Shown: positions 1 through 9,302, counted from the first letter of the stretch. The stretch is 24,000 nucleotides of DNA from Candidatus Woesearchaeota archaeon (GCA_964497435.1 CAZCCD010000004.1:93922-117921); one strand, 5' to 3'. Numbers and translations: made by a program. Notes: generated by a model from the letters alone, not told the origin.

Positions 1-1
1 A

Positions 2-3000
2 CATTACGTAAGGGTTACTTTTGAAAAGAATTTAACAAATGAAAATGATATAACAATTTATCCAAGAATTGTAAATGGAGCTCCGAGAATAGAGGTATAT
101 GAAAAAGATTTAAATGAAATTGTAGCTGAATTTAATGTCATAAATGATAGTCAATACAATAAAGTATTTTTGATCAATCTAATTGGAGAACAAGATGTTT
201 TTGATTTGCTTATTTTAAATGGAGATTTAGAATTTGATCATATAATTGATCCGACAAAAACAGCAGGGCCAAATATCTCTGTTTTTAATACTTATTTAAG
301 ACCAACATCATGTCAAGGAGAAGATGGTGATGTTGGAGATAATTTCACTGATGCTTGTGATGGAACATACCCCAGTTCATCATGTGGTGTTGGAGCAGAT
401 TTTGTTAGTTGTGATGACTCTGTAAATGAATCAATGACAGCAACAGCAGTAGCTGGAACTAGTTATGCTGGGGTAAAGTTAAACATCTCTAATTCTTCGA
501 TAACTAATTGTGCTAGTATAACTCAGGTAGTTGTTTGTTATGAATGGTGGATTACTGGAGGAACATCTCAAAATTGCAGAGTGACTGTTTCTAATGGAAC
601 CCATGAAAGCAATGCAAGCACTTTCTGTCCCGGCTCATCTTTTAACCCTGGAGTGAATTGTTCAACTGTAACCTCAAATTTAAGTTGGGGATGTGGAAAC
701 TTTTTTAATCCTACAAATACAGAATCTTATATCGAAAGCGAGTTCCAAAAAGGTTCTGGACTTGGATCGAGAACTGGGTGGTGGGATGTTCTTTATTATA
801 ATGTTACTTACACAACCTCTAATACTCTTCCAACACATGACACACCAAGCATAACTCCTTACCCTACCGCAACTACTGATAATAATCTTACAGCATCTAA
901 TGTTTCAACAAGCGATGTTGATGGAGATTTAGTAACTAACATATATAACTGGAAAGTAAATAGCACTCTTTTAACAATCCTTAACATGCCATTTGACACA
1001 AATATTTCAGTAACAACCCCAAATCTTGTTAAAGATTATTCTGGAAATGGAAACAACGGGACATTAAATTCAAGCAATGTTACATGGGTTAATAATGGCA
1101 GGGTTGGAGGAGCCTATAACTTTTCTAGATCTGTTGACTCACTTATAACAATTAATGATTCAGCTAGTTTAAGGCTTACACAGAATTTAACTGTTATGGC
1201 ATGGATAAATCTTTCAGATAATGTTACTGACTCTAACACAAATCATTATACCATCTTAGCTAAGAAGAATGGAGCAGGAGACGCTAATTATTGGTTTGCT
1301 CTAACTGGACAGGCAGGGAATCTTGGGAAACTTCATCTTTATATGACGGGCCCTGGATATAATTTTGGTAGTAAGAATAACTGGAATGAAAATCAGTGGT
1401 ATTTTGTTGCAGCTACTTATAATAATACCCATGTTGCTTTTTATGTCGACGGAGTTGTTGATAATATAGTTGCTGAAACAGTTGCAATAGGTGCATATAA
1501 TGCAGATGCATTAAATATTGGTGCATGGACACAAACACTGCATTGGTTTAATGGAACATTAGATGAGATCAAAGTTTTTAATAGGTCTTTATCAGCAAGT
1601 CAGATTTATCAGATTTATCTTGATACGAGAAATGGAACAAGTATGAATAGCAATATGACTAGTAGCGAGATAAGAGCAGGTGAAAATTGGACAGTAGAAG
1701 TGACTCCAAATGATGGAATTGGGGATGGGACTTTAAAATTAAATTGGACAGTCATAGTATCTGACAACATTCCAACTGTAACTTTATCAAACCCAAGCGA
1801 TGGAGCTAGTGGCGTTGACTTAACGAGTTTTATATGCAATACAACAGATGATATTAATCTTAAGAATGTAAGTCTATACGGAAATTGGACAGGAAGCTGG
1901 CATTTGAATCAAACAACAAACATTTCTGGGACAAGTAACAGCACTAATTTTACGAATATTGACCTACCTGATGGGACTTTTGTCTGGAATTGTCTTGTTT
2001 ATGATAATAGTTCTCAGTCAGCATTTGCCTCTTCTAATTTTACTGTTACAAACGATAGATGCGGATTAACTCAGGTTTCCTCAACTACAACATTGACAAA
2101 GAGTCAGTGTGAACATTATAATATAACTTCTAATAATGTTGTTTTTTCGTGTGGAGGATATACTGTTTTTGGACATACAGGACTTATAGGAAATGTATCA
2201 ATAACAGCCAAGGATAGAAATAATATAACTGTAAAAGACTGTATTTTGACAAATTGGAGTCATGGAATTTCTTTTTCAAATGTGACAAATTCTTTGATAT
2301 TTAATTCAACGTTATTAAATTTAAGCGATATTAGCGAAGGAAATGTCTATTCTTTAGGAATAAACCTTACTAGTTCTAATTATAACAACATCACTAATGT
2401 TAATATAACAAATATGACGACTCAATCAACATCTGGCTCTGGATGTTATGACGGTAGTTTAAGAGGAGTTAGCCTATCTTCTTCGGAAAATGTTACAATA
2501 AATAATTTAAAAGAAAACTTTATTAATGGAACTTTTAGATTAGATGGAGATACAGAAAATCCAGGATGTCAACTTGTAATTACTACTACTGGTGATGGAG
2601 TTATTATTTCATCATCTTCTCACAACTTTACTATATTTAATTCTACATTTAATACTATAGGTGCTGAAGCAATAGATGGAGATTCTTCAGGAAGATTAAA
2701 TATTACTTTAAATACAATAACTAATGCAGCCACTGGAATAGAGACAACCAATGAAAATACAGGAGGATATGCTGTTGGAAATAATATAAGTAAAAGTAGT
2801 GTTGGTATTGACATCTCTTCTTCTGGTAGCTGGACTGTTCAATATAACAATGTGAATTTTGTAAGTAGTAAAGGAATTTCTGTTTCAGGCATAGGAGGAT
2901 ATGTTGATCATAATGTTGTTAATCATATCAATTCAAGTAGTAGTAGTGTTGGAGGAATAACAATGGGCATATTAAACACAAACTCATTTGACAACAATAC

Positions 3001-5179
3001 TGTTTACAATGCTTCTTTTTCAACTCCTTCAAGCTCTGCTATTTATGTGACAAGAAATTTTAATGGCACATACATAAATGTAACAAATGCAACAAATGGA
3101 TTTTACTTTTCTGGCTCTAATGCAGATAATTCTAACTTAACAAATTCATCTATATCTGAAACATTGTGGAATTCTACTTATATAAGTGGGGCTTCAAATG
3201 TTAATTACTACAATGTGACCCATGATACATCGAAAATAAACATTTCTTCTGGGAGTTTTTTTAATTATTATTATTTACAAGTTAATGTTACTGATCATAA
3301 TTATGCAGCCTTAAATGTAGCCAGTGTTAATGTCACTAACAATACTGGGAGTGGATCTCCGGAAATCCAAACAACGACAGGCTCTAATGGCTTAACACAA
3401 CAACTTGTTATATTGACATTTAATCAAAGTTCATCAGGTGTTGCAAATCACACTCCCCACAACATTTCAGCATCCAAGACAGGATACTCTTTAAACTGGA
3501 CAAGAGAAGCTTTAGACAGGTCAAGATTAATATGGCTTCTTATTCATACTCCTGAAATTCTTTCTTATATACCTACAACAGATACATTTTCAATTGCAGA
3601 ACCAAGTAATCAGACATTTAGCATAATATATACTAATCAGACTCCTGTCCATATAAGATGGTTTGTAAATAATACTGAGAATACAACAATAACAAACACA
3701 AGTCAGTTTATATGGTATGGAAATTATACACAGCAAGGAACCTATCAAATAAAAGTAAATATATCTAATGCCGATGGTTTTGATGAGCAAATATGGACAA
3801 TGACAGTAAATGATACTAATCCTGCTCCGACTCACACAACTCCTTTATTTGATGTATTTCCCCCTGCGAATTCTCAAAATTTTTCCTGTTTAAATCAATC
3901 AACGAGTGATGCTAACGGAGATAATGTAACTAATATTTACAATTGGCTTGTTAATGGAAATTCAACAACTGTCTTGAATATGCCATTTGACACAAACATT
4001 TCAGTAACAACCCCAAATCTTGTTAAAGATTATTCTGGAAATGGAAATAATGGAACTTTGAATAGCAGCTCTGCTTTAATTTGGACATCAAATGGAAGGG
4101 TTGGAGGAGCTTATAATTTCTCTGGAAATTCTGGTTCAATAATTAGAATTAATGATTCTTCTAGTCTAAGTTCAACTCAAAACTTAACTGTCATGGCTTG
4201 GATAAAACCAGCATTGAATTTTACAGGAGCAGGCCTTGTTCGTACTATTTTAGTCAAGAGAAACTCAACAACTTTTTCTTACAGGTTTAATATAGATGAT
4301 ACTGTATTTGAAGATGGTAAGTTAGATTTTCTTATTATGGGAGTTTCTCATAAATCTGTTAGAAATAACTGGACAAAAGATACTTGGTATCATGTTTCAG
4401 CAACTTATAATAAATCACATGTAGTTTTGTATGTTGATGGAGTTGTTGATAATACTGTTGCTGAGACAAGAAGCATTTCTTATGATGGAAACCCTCTTGA
4501 TATTGGAGGACAAAATAACAATTCTTTGTTATTTAACGGAACAATAGATGATGTAAGGATTTACAACAGGTCTTTGTCTAGCAGCCAAATTTATCAGATT
4601 TATTTAGATACTCAAGATGGTTTAAGCAATAAAAGTGTTATTGTTGGTGATGAAACACTAGTCAACGAGAATTGGACATGTCAAGTTACTCCAAACGATG
4701 CTTATCAAGATGGAACAACTCTTTCAAATTCAACAAATATAACAAGTGCTGCAATTGCTATGTCTCTTTCATCTAAATTAGCTCAACAAATAAATTGGAC
4801 TCTTACAGTCCTTCCTACTGTTAATCAATCAGCAGAAGGGAATAATGGGACAGACATCACAGAATATTACATAAATGTTACAGCAACAGGAGGAACAGCC
4901 GATGTTTACATTAGGGCTAATGATAATCTAAAAACTTCTGGAGGAGATATTCTTGGACTTGGGAATGAAACCTTTAATTATAATTTAACTAATTCAACTG
5001 TCCCTGGAGAAAGTAGGATACAATTAACCACTAATTTTTCAGACAATAAAATAGGCAGCAATATTGAAAGCGGAATTATCTATCTTAAATTTTATTTAAA
5101 TGCGCCTGCTGCACAGCCTGCCGGAATTTATAATAACACACTGGAATTTAAAGGAGTCGCAAGTGGTGAATCTCCTTAA
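2..5179 (+). CDS. Giant secreted/cell-surface protein, 5'-partial. Contains two LamG/ConA-like lectin modules, an Ig-like domain, a parallel beta-helix region and a C-terminal ~143-aa domain shared with the next gene.
   Basis: The frame is open from base 2. The track start at 170 is a TTG with no signal peptide after it, and the first in-frame ATG is near 433, so the CDS probably continues upstream of the window. The LamG-like signature occurs twice: NMPFDTNISVTTPNLVKDYSGNGNNGTLNSS..GRVGGAYNFS..LTVMAWI..ATYN..HV.YVDGV..FNGT.D...NRSLS.SQIYQIYLD. Residues ~630-1000 (nt ~2057-3170) show short N/I/V/T/S-rich periodic turns typical of right-handed beta-helix (PbH1/NosD-like) proteins. N-x-S/T sequons are very dense. 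Confidence 0.85.
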   Translation, partial: HYVRVTFEKNLTNENDITIYPRIVNGAPRIEVYEKDLNEIVAEFNVINDSQYNKVFLINLIGEQDVFDLLILNGDLEFDHIIDPTKTAGPNISVFNTYLRPTSCQGEDGDVGDNFTDACDGTYPSSSCGVGADFVSCDDSVNESMTATAVAGTSYAGVKLNISNSSITNCASITQVVVCYEWWITGGTSQNCRVTVSNGTHESNASTFCPGSSFNPGVNCSTVTSNLSWGCGNFFNPTNTESYIESEFQKGSGLGSRTGWWDVLYYNVTYTTSNTLPTHDTPSITPYPTATTDNNLTASNVSTSDVDGDLVTNIYNWKVNSTLLTILNMPFDTNISVTTPNLVKDYSGNGNNGTLNSSNVTWVNNGRVGGAYNFSRSVDSLITINDSASLRLTQNLTVMAWINLSDNVTDSNTNHYTILAKKNGAGDANYWFALTGQAGNLGKLHLYMTGPGYNFGSKNNWNENQWYFVAATYNNTHVAFYVDGVVDNIVAETVAIGAYNADALNIGAWTQTLHWFNGTLDEIKVFNRSLSASQIYQIYLDTRNGTSMNSNMTSSEIRAGENWTVEVTPNDGIGDGTLKLNWTVIVSDNIPTVTLSNPSDGASGVDLTSFICNTTDDINLKNVSLYGNWTGSWHLNQTTNISGTSNSTNFTNIDLPDGTFVWNCLVYDNSSQSAFASSNFTVTNDRCGLTQVSSTTTLTKSQCEHYNITSNNVVFSCGGYTVFGHTGLIGNVSITAKDRNNITVKDCILTNWSHGISFSNVTNSLIFNSTLLNLSDISEGNVYSLGINLTSSNYNNITNVNITNMTTQSTSGSGCYDGSLRGVSLSSSENVTINNLKENFINGTFRLDGDTENPGCQLVITTTGDGVIISSSSHNFTIFNSTFNTIGAEAIDGDSSGRLNITLNTITNAATGIETTNENTGGYAVGNNISKSSVGIDISSSGSWTVQYNNVNFVSSKGISVSGIGGYVDHNVVNHINSSSSSVGGITMGILNTNSFDNNTVYNASFSTPSSSAIYVTRNFNGTYINVTNATNGFYFSGSNADNSNLTNSSISETLWNSTYISGASNVNYYNVTHDTSKINISSGSFFNYYYLQVNVTDHNYAALNVASVNVTNNTGSGSPEIQTTTGSNGLTQQLVILTFNQSSSGVANHTPHNISASKTGYSLNWTREALDRSRLIWLLIHTPEILSYIPTTDTFSIAEPSNQTFSIIYTNQTPVHIRWFVNNTENTTITNTSQFIWYGNYTQQGTYQIKVNISNADGFDEQIWTMTVNDTNPAPTHTTPLFDVFPPANSQNFSCLNQSTSDANGDNVTNIYNWLVNGNSTTVLNMPFDTNISVTTPNLVKDYSGNGNNGTLNSSSALIWTSNGRVGGAYNFSGNSGSIIRINDSSSLSSTQNLTVMAWIKPALNFTGAGLVRTILVKRNSTTFSYRFNIDDTVFEDGKLDFLIMGVSHKSVRNNWTKDTWYHVSATYNKSHVVLYVDGVVDNTVAETRSISYDGNPLDIGGQNNNSLLFNGTIDDVRIYNRSLSSSQIYQIYLDTQDGLSNKSVIVGDETLVNENWTCQVTPNDAYQDGTTLSNSTNITSAAIAMSLSSKLAQQINWTLTVLPTVNQSAEGNNGTDITEYYINVTATGGTADVYIRANDNLKTSGGDILGLGNETFNYNLTNSTVPGESRIQLTTNFSDNKIGSNIESGIIYLKFYLNAPAAQPAGIYNNTLEFKGVASGESP
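830..1732 (+). repeat. Intragenic module A (~300 aa): DxDGD strand, LamG domain, W.V.VTPNDG strand.
   Basis: Runs from PTHDTP.. to ..WTVEVTPNDGIGDGT and aligns end to end with module B. Its core at nt 986-1053 matches 3980-4047 with a single mismatch. Confidence 0.8.
3827..4717 (+). repeat. Intragenic module B (~297 aa), a paralog of module A.
   Basis: Runs from PTHTTP.. to ..WTCQVTPNDAYQDGT with the same motif order as module A. The shared stretch atgccatttgacacaaa(t/c)atttcagtaacaaccccaaatcttgttaaagattattctggaaatggaaa is almost identical at nucleotide level. Confidence 0.8.
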
Positions 5180-5249
5180 TTTTTAATGTAATAATATGGA
5201 AATATTTAAAAGAAAAGATGTATTTTAGATTGCATATAAAGAGGTTAAA

Positions 5250-5846
5250 ATGAGGATTGAAAATATAATAGTTTTAATTTTTGGTTCGGTTTTTTTATTT
5301 TCAATTATAATGTTTATGACTCAAGGAATAAGGATGACAGGCTATGCAACAACAAGCACAACAGTTTCAAATGTGACCATATCAACTTTTTTTGCTATTG
5401 CCATGTCAACAAATCTTTCAGATGGAATAAGATTTGGAAATTTAACAACTTTACCTGTAACAAATCAAAATGCAACCCACAATTTTGATGGAACAAACAC
5501 GACAATGTCTGGAAATGGGACATCTATGTGGGTTAATGTTTCCACAGACAGTAATACAGCTGTTGATTTTTGTTTGAAGGCAGACGACAACTTAAGAACT
5601 AGTGGTGGAGATGTTTTAACTTTGGCAAATGAATCATATCATAATTCTAGTGTTACTAATTTAACACAACCAGATATGGGAAGCGAGATTGCATTTACGA
5701 GTTCTTATGTTAAGGCAGGTCCTAATGTTGCCGCAGGAAGTCAGCATTATTACAGATTCTGGTTGGATGTTCCAGCAGGACAGGCTTCAGGAACATATAA
5801 TAATACAATTAGTGTTAAAGGAGTGTCAACAGGAGGTTCATGTTAA
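5250..5846 (+). CDS. Small secreted, probably N-glycosylated protein; paralog of the C-terminal domain of the giant protein.
   Basis: An SD-like aaagaggt lies 5 nt before the ATG. It has an N-terminal hydrophobic signal/anchor (IIVLIFGSVFLFSIIMFM). Residues 49-198 align with giant-protein residues encoded at 4748-5176: AIAMS, ADDNLRTSGGDVL vs ANDNLKTSGGDIL, FWLDVPAGQASGTYNNTISVKGV vs FYLNAPAAQPAGIYNNTLEFKGV. I counted 11 N-x-S/T sequons by hand. Confidence 0.85.
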   Translation: MRIENIIVLIFGSVFLFSIIMFMTQGIRMTGYATTSTTVSNVTISTFFAIAMSTNLSDGIRFGNLTTLPVTNQNATHNFDGTNTTMSGNGTSMWVNVSTDSNTAVDFCLKADDNLRTSGGDVLTLANESYHNSSVTNLTQPDMGSEIAFTSSYVKAGPNVAAGSQHYYRFWLDVPAGQASGTYNNTISVKGVSTGGSC

Positions 5847-5906
5847 ACCTTTTTTGAAAAGGTTTCCAAAACCAAACCTTAAAATAAATTAAAACCAATA
5901 CAAAAA

Positions 5907-6584
5907 ATGAAAAATAAACTCTGCTTTGTTTTGTATTTAATCATTATTTTAAATGTTTATTTTGTTTCAGCAGAATCTGGTGTTGGGATTAGGTCTTATC
6001 AAGAATCAATACTTCTTAGAGAAAATCAAGAAGGATGCGTGTCTGTTGGAGCTTATAATCCTTTCAATGAAGATACAAAAGTCATAGTTGGCATTTCTGA
6101 TGAACTGAAAGAAGTCCTTATTTTACAAGAGGCGGAATCAAAATTACTTCCTGCTTTTACCTCAAGTAATGATGCAATACCTTTAAAGTTTTGTTTTAAG
6201 GTCCCTAAATTCTATCAAAGAGATTGTTCTATAGGGAGTTTTATTTGTGAACTTACTTGTAATGAACCTCAAAAAGAATACTCTGGAGAAATTTCTCTTA
6301 CAACTCAACCTTCAAGTACAGATATTGGGGGGGCTGGTGGCTCTGCAACAAAATTATCAGTTTCTACAAAATTAAATGTCAGGGTTGAATGTATTCCTCA
6401 TCCCAGGGAGTATACTGCTGTTTATGTTTCTCTGGCTTTGATTTCAGTGTTTGTTGTAGGATTTGTATTATTCAAGAGATATAGAAAGCCTAAAGTTCAG
6501 AGGGACAGGGAGAAGTTAATGAAACTTAAGGCAGAGATAGCTAAGGAAGAGAGTAAAGGTAAAGGCAAATCTAAAAAAAGATAG
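5907..6584 (+). CDS. Membrane-anchored surface protein: signal peptide, beta-rich ectodomain, C-terminal TM helix and K/R-rich tail.
   Basis: N-terminal signal LCFVLYLIIILNVYFVSA|ES. The ectodomain is Cys-containing and has a GGAGGS linker. C-terminal TM segment AVYVSLALISVFVVGFVLF is followed by KRYRKPKVQRDREK...KGKGKSKKR. Confidence 0.75.
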   Translation: MKNKLCFVLYLIIILNVYFVSAESGVGIRSYQESILLRENQEGCVSVGAYNPFNEDTKVIVGISDELKEVLILQEAESKLLPAFTSSNDAIPLKFCFKVPKFYQRDCSIGSFICELTCNEPQKEYSGEISLTTQPSSTDIGGAGGSATKLSVSTKLNVRVECIPHPREYTAVYVSLALISVFVVGFVLFKRYRKPKVQRDREKLMKLKAEIAKEESKGKGKSKKR

Positions 6585-6857
6585 TTATCTTTTTTAAAAA
6601 TTAAATTATTTAATATCTAATTCATGATAAATATTTTTTATATGATTGTACATTTTTAGACTCTGGAATATATTAGTGTTGGCATTTAATAATAGGTTGA
6701 AGTTAAATAAGATAACTAAAATTAACAAGAAGTCTGACTTGTTAATAATAATTTATAACGAGGGGTCATAATACTCTAAATTTGGGCAATTATATCAAAT
6801 TAAAGATTCATTTTATATAAACTAAAGAAATAAAAATATAGGATAATTATTCTTTTT

Positions 6858-8786
6858 ATGATTAGATTAAAAAGAGGTTGGTTATTATTATCTATATTTT
6901 TAACTATAGTGGCAATTTTCTTCAATATAAGATTTTTGGGATTTGCAATAAATGCAACCACTCCATCAAACGTCACTATTTCTGCAGGAAATTCTTTTCC
7001 TGTTATAGGGCCAATTAACAGCTCTTTATTTATTTGTGAGAGTCAGAGCATGTTTTATCAATTTAATGCTACAGATATTGACGGAGATGTTTTAACAGGA
7101 AGGATTTCTCCTCAAGATCCATTTTTTGTATTTTGGGTCTCTCAAGAAAGTCCTAATACTCATAATTTTGCAATAGTTTCCGGGACTCTAGACAAGGGAG
7201 ATGTCGGAGGAGTTAACAATGGCTTTCAGTTATACCAGGAAACTGTTTTTATTAGCGATAATTTTAATTCAAGCTGCTGTGAAGATTCTGAAAAGGTTAA
7301 TATAACTGTTGTGGAAAAGAACAATGTTCCTGTAGTTGAAGACATAGGAGTTAAAACAATCTATACACAAGGAGAGAATTCAACTTTGTATGAGGTTTGG
7401 AGTGTTAATGATACAGAGTTTAACCTTGGTTATGGCGGTTTGACTTATAACATATCTATTAAAAATTCTTCTGGCTCTGCAGTTAATTTATTTAATATAA
7501 GTTCTTTAGGAGTCATTAATTTTACAGCAAATACTTCTACGACTTTAGGAGTTTATAATGTAACTGTTTGTGTTAATGATACAGGACTTTCTAACCCTCA
7601 TCAAAATATAAGTTCTATATGTGGTAACTCTGGAAATTCTCAATCTGTTTGCGACTCTTTCAGTTTAACAATAACAGACGAAAATAGGCCACCAAATATT
7701 ACTTCTTATTATCCTACTAGTTTGGAATTTAGTAGCTTAGGAACTTCGTCACTTTTTTTCAATATAACAAAGCATGATCCTGATGGAACAATTCCTGATG
7801 CTTATTGGTATCTGGATGGTGTATTTAGGGAGCTTGATTCAGGAAGTTTTGTTGACACATTTAGTTATACTTTTGGATGTGGTATTTCAGGAATTCATAA
7901 TATTAGTGTTGAGATTACAGATGGTTTGCTTAATGATTCATTACAATGGAATGTAACTATTAATGAAGTTTCATGTGCCGCTCCTCCACCAGTTGTTGGT
8001 GGGGGCGAGGGTGGAGGAGGTGGATTTGCCGGGTTTAAGGAATTCAGTGTCTATCCAGAATTTATAACAACAACTGTTTTACATCAACAAGGAAAGAGCT
8101 TTGATATTAATGTTACAAATACAGGAACAGCAATCATAGATATTTCAATGGCAATAGAGAATTTAACAGATAAGGCAATTTTAAGTGAAGAAAATTTCAA
8201 TCTAATACCAGGCAAATCAAAAATTGTTAGACTTTATCTTTATGCCCTAAGTGAGACAACTCCAGGAGTTTACTTTGGGAGAATTATGGTGAGCGACGGT
8301 GCATCAACAAAATATGTAAAGATAGTTTTAGAAGTTAAAGAGAGAGAGCCTTTGTTTGATTTGAAAGTAATAGTTCCTCCTGAATACAAAGTAGTTAATC
8401 CTGGAGAAAATATAGGAGTCATAGTTAAAATGTTAAATATTGGTTTATATGGGACAGCTGTTGACGTGGATCTTGTTCTTTATATTGTTGACCTTGAAAA
8501 AGTAATACTTTATGAGTCTTCTAAAGAAGTCATTGCTGTTGAAACTAATTTATCAATTGAAAGAACTTTATATGTTCCTATAGATGCAACAAGTGGGACT
8601 TATCTTGTTTTAGGAGAGGCTAAATATACAAATATAAGTATTAGCACTTATGACACTTTTGTTGTTGTGCAAAAGAAATTCTTGAAGATAAGTTATATAT
8701 TGTTGATATTGTTGGTTTTAATTTTGATATTATTTATAATATTTATTTTATATAAAAGAAGGAAGAAAAAGAAGGAATGGGAATAA
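6858..8786 (+). CDS. Membrane-anchored surface protein with Ig/cadherin-like repeats, a Gly-rich hinge, two CARDB/NEW3-like beta-sandwich domains, a C-terminal TM helix and a basic tail.
   Basis: N-terminal signal/anchor WLLLSIFLTIVAIFF. DxDGD-type motifs (NATDIDGDVLTG, KHDPDGTIPDAYWYLDG). Hinge PPPVVGGGEGGGGGFAGF. Two repeats of the pattern ..V.V.N.G......v......pG.s..v....vp....GtY.g.i.. typical of archaeal surface beta-sandwich domains. C-terminus ISYILLILLVLILILFIIFILYKRRKKKKEWE. Confidence 0.8.
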   Translation: MIRLKRGWLLLSIFLTIVAIFFNIRFLGFAINATTPSNVTISAGNSFPVIGPINSSLFICESQSMFYQFNATDIDGDVLTGRISPQDPFFVFWVSQESPNTHNFAIVSGTLDKGDVGGVNNGFQLYQETVFISDNFNSSCCEDSEKVNITVVEKNNVPVVEDIGVKTIYTQGENSTLYEVWSVNDTEFNLGYGGLTYNISIKNSSGSAVNLFNISSLGVINFTANTSTTLGVYNVTVCVNDTGLSNPHQNISSICGNSGNSQSVCDSFSLTITDENRPPNITSYYPTSLEFSSLGTSSLFFNITKHDPDGTIPDAYWYLDGVFRELDSGSFVDTFSYTFGCGISGIHNISVEITDGLLNDSLQWNVTINEVSCAAPPPVVGGGEGGGGGFAGFKEFSVYPEFITTTVLHQQGKSFDINVTNTGTAIIDISMAIENLTDKAILSEENFNLIPGKSKIVRLYLYALSETTPGVYFGRIMVSDGASTKYVKIVLEVKEREPLFDLKVIVPPEYKVVNPGENIGVIVKMLNIGLYGTAVDVDLVLYIVDLEKVILYESSKEVIAVETNLSIERTLYVPIDATSGTYLVLGEAKYTNISISTYDTFVVVQKKFLKISYILLILLVLILILFIIFILYKRRKKKKEWE

Positions 8787-8807
8787 AGTAAAAAATGAAA
8801 GTCAAGG

Positions 8808-9302
8808 TTAAACTAAATGTCCTGGGCATAAATATTTATATTTTATTTTTTTTATTTTCTCAAGGCTTTCTTGCATTTTTTTAGGATCGCTTTCTGGGAG
8901 ATCTGTCCTACCTATATAGCCATCATTAAAAATACTGTCTCCTGAAAAAAGAACATTTCTATACAATATACATATACTGTCTCTAGTATGCCCTGGAGTT
9001 TCAATTACTTTTAACATTGGAAATTCTTGTTCTAATTCTTTTATGTTGTGTTTTGAATATATTTTTGCATTAGGAAAAACATTTAAATTTCCTACATGAT
9101 CCCAATGAGTATGGGTCAGTATAATTGAATTTATGCCCTCTTTTTTAAAACCAATTTTTTCAATATCATTGATTAACTCATGTTCGTTTTCTTTAGATGA
9201 TGTATCAATTAATATCGGATTTTTTAAATCTATGAGATAAACACAAGAGCCGAATTCTTTAAAATTTAATTGCCAGACATCTTTTTTTATTTTTTTTATC
9301 AT
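8808..9302 (-). CDS. Short MBL-fold metallo-hydrolase (beta-lactamase/glyoxalase-II-like superfamily).
   Basis: HxHxDH motif in ILTHTHWDHVGN. Downstream TPGHT and a C-terminal GH fit the MBL metal-ligand order. Confidence 0.75.
   Translation of the reverse strand: MIKKIKKDVWQLNFKEFGSCVYLIDLKNPILIDTSSKENEHELINDIEKIGFKKEGINSIILTHTHWDHVGNLNVFPNAKIYSKHNIKELEQEFPMLKVIETPGHTRDSICILYRNVLFSGDSIFNDGYIGRTDLPESDPKKMQESLEKIKKIKYKYLCPGHLV

Noticed and set aside
1615-3835. Minus-strand ORFs 1615-1839, 2620-2814 and 3590-3835.
   Set aside because: They are antisense shadows inside the giant surface-protein CDS and have no independent support.
5689-5892. Plus-strand 67-aa ORF overlapping the end of the 198-aa gene. 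The same reasoning covers 7774-7956 inside the 642-aa gene.
   Set aside because: These are alternative frames of well-supported CDSs that carry clear domain homology in the primary frame.
6721-6746. 9-bp perfect hairpin attaacaag-aagtctga-cttgttaat in the 273-nt spacer before the 642-aa gene.
   Set aside because: It is an isolated AT-rich stem in an AT-rich spacer with no T-run or repeat partner, so support is insufficient.
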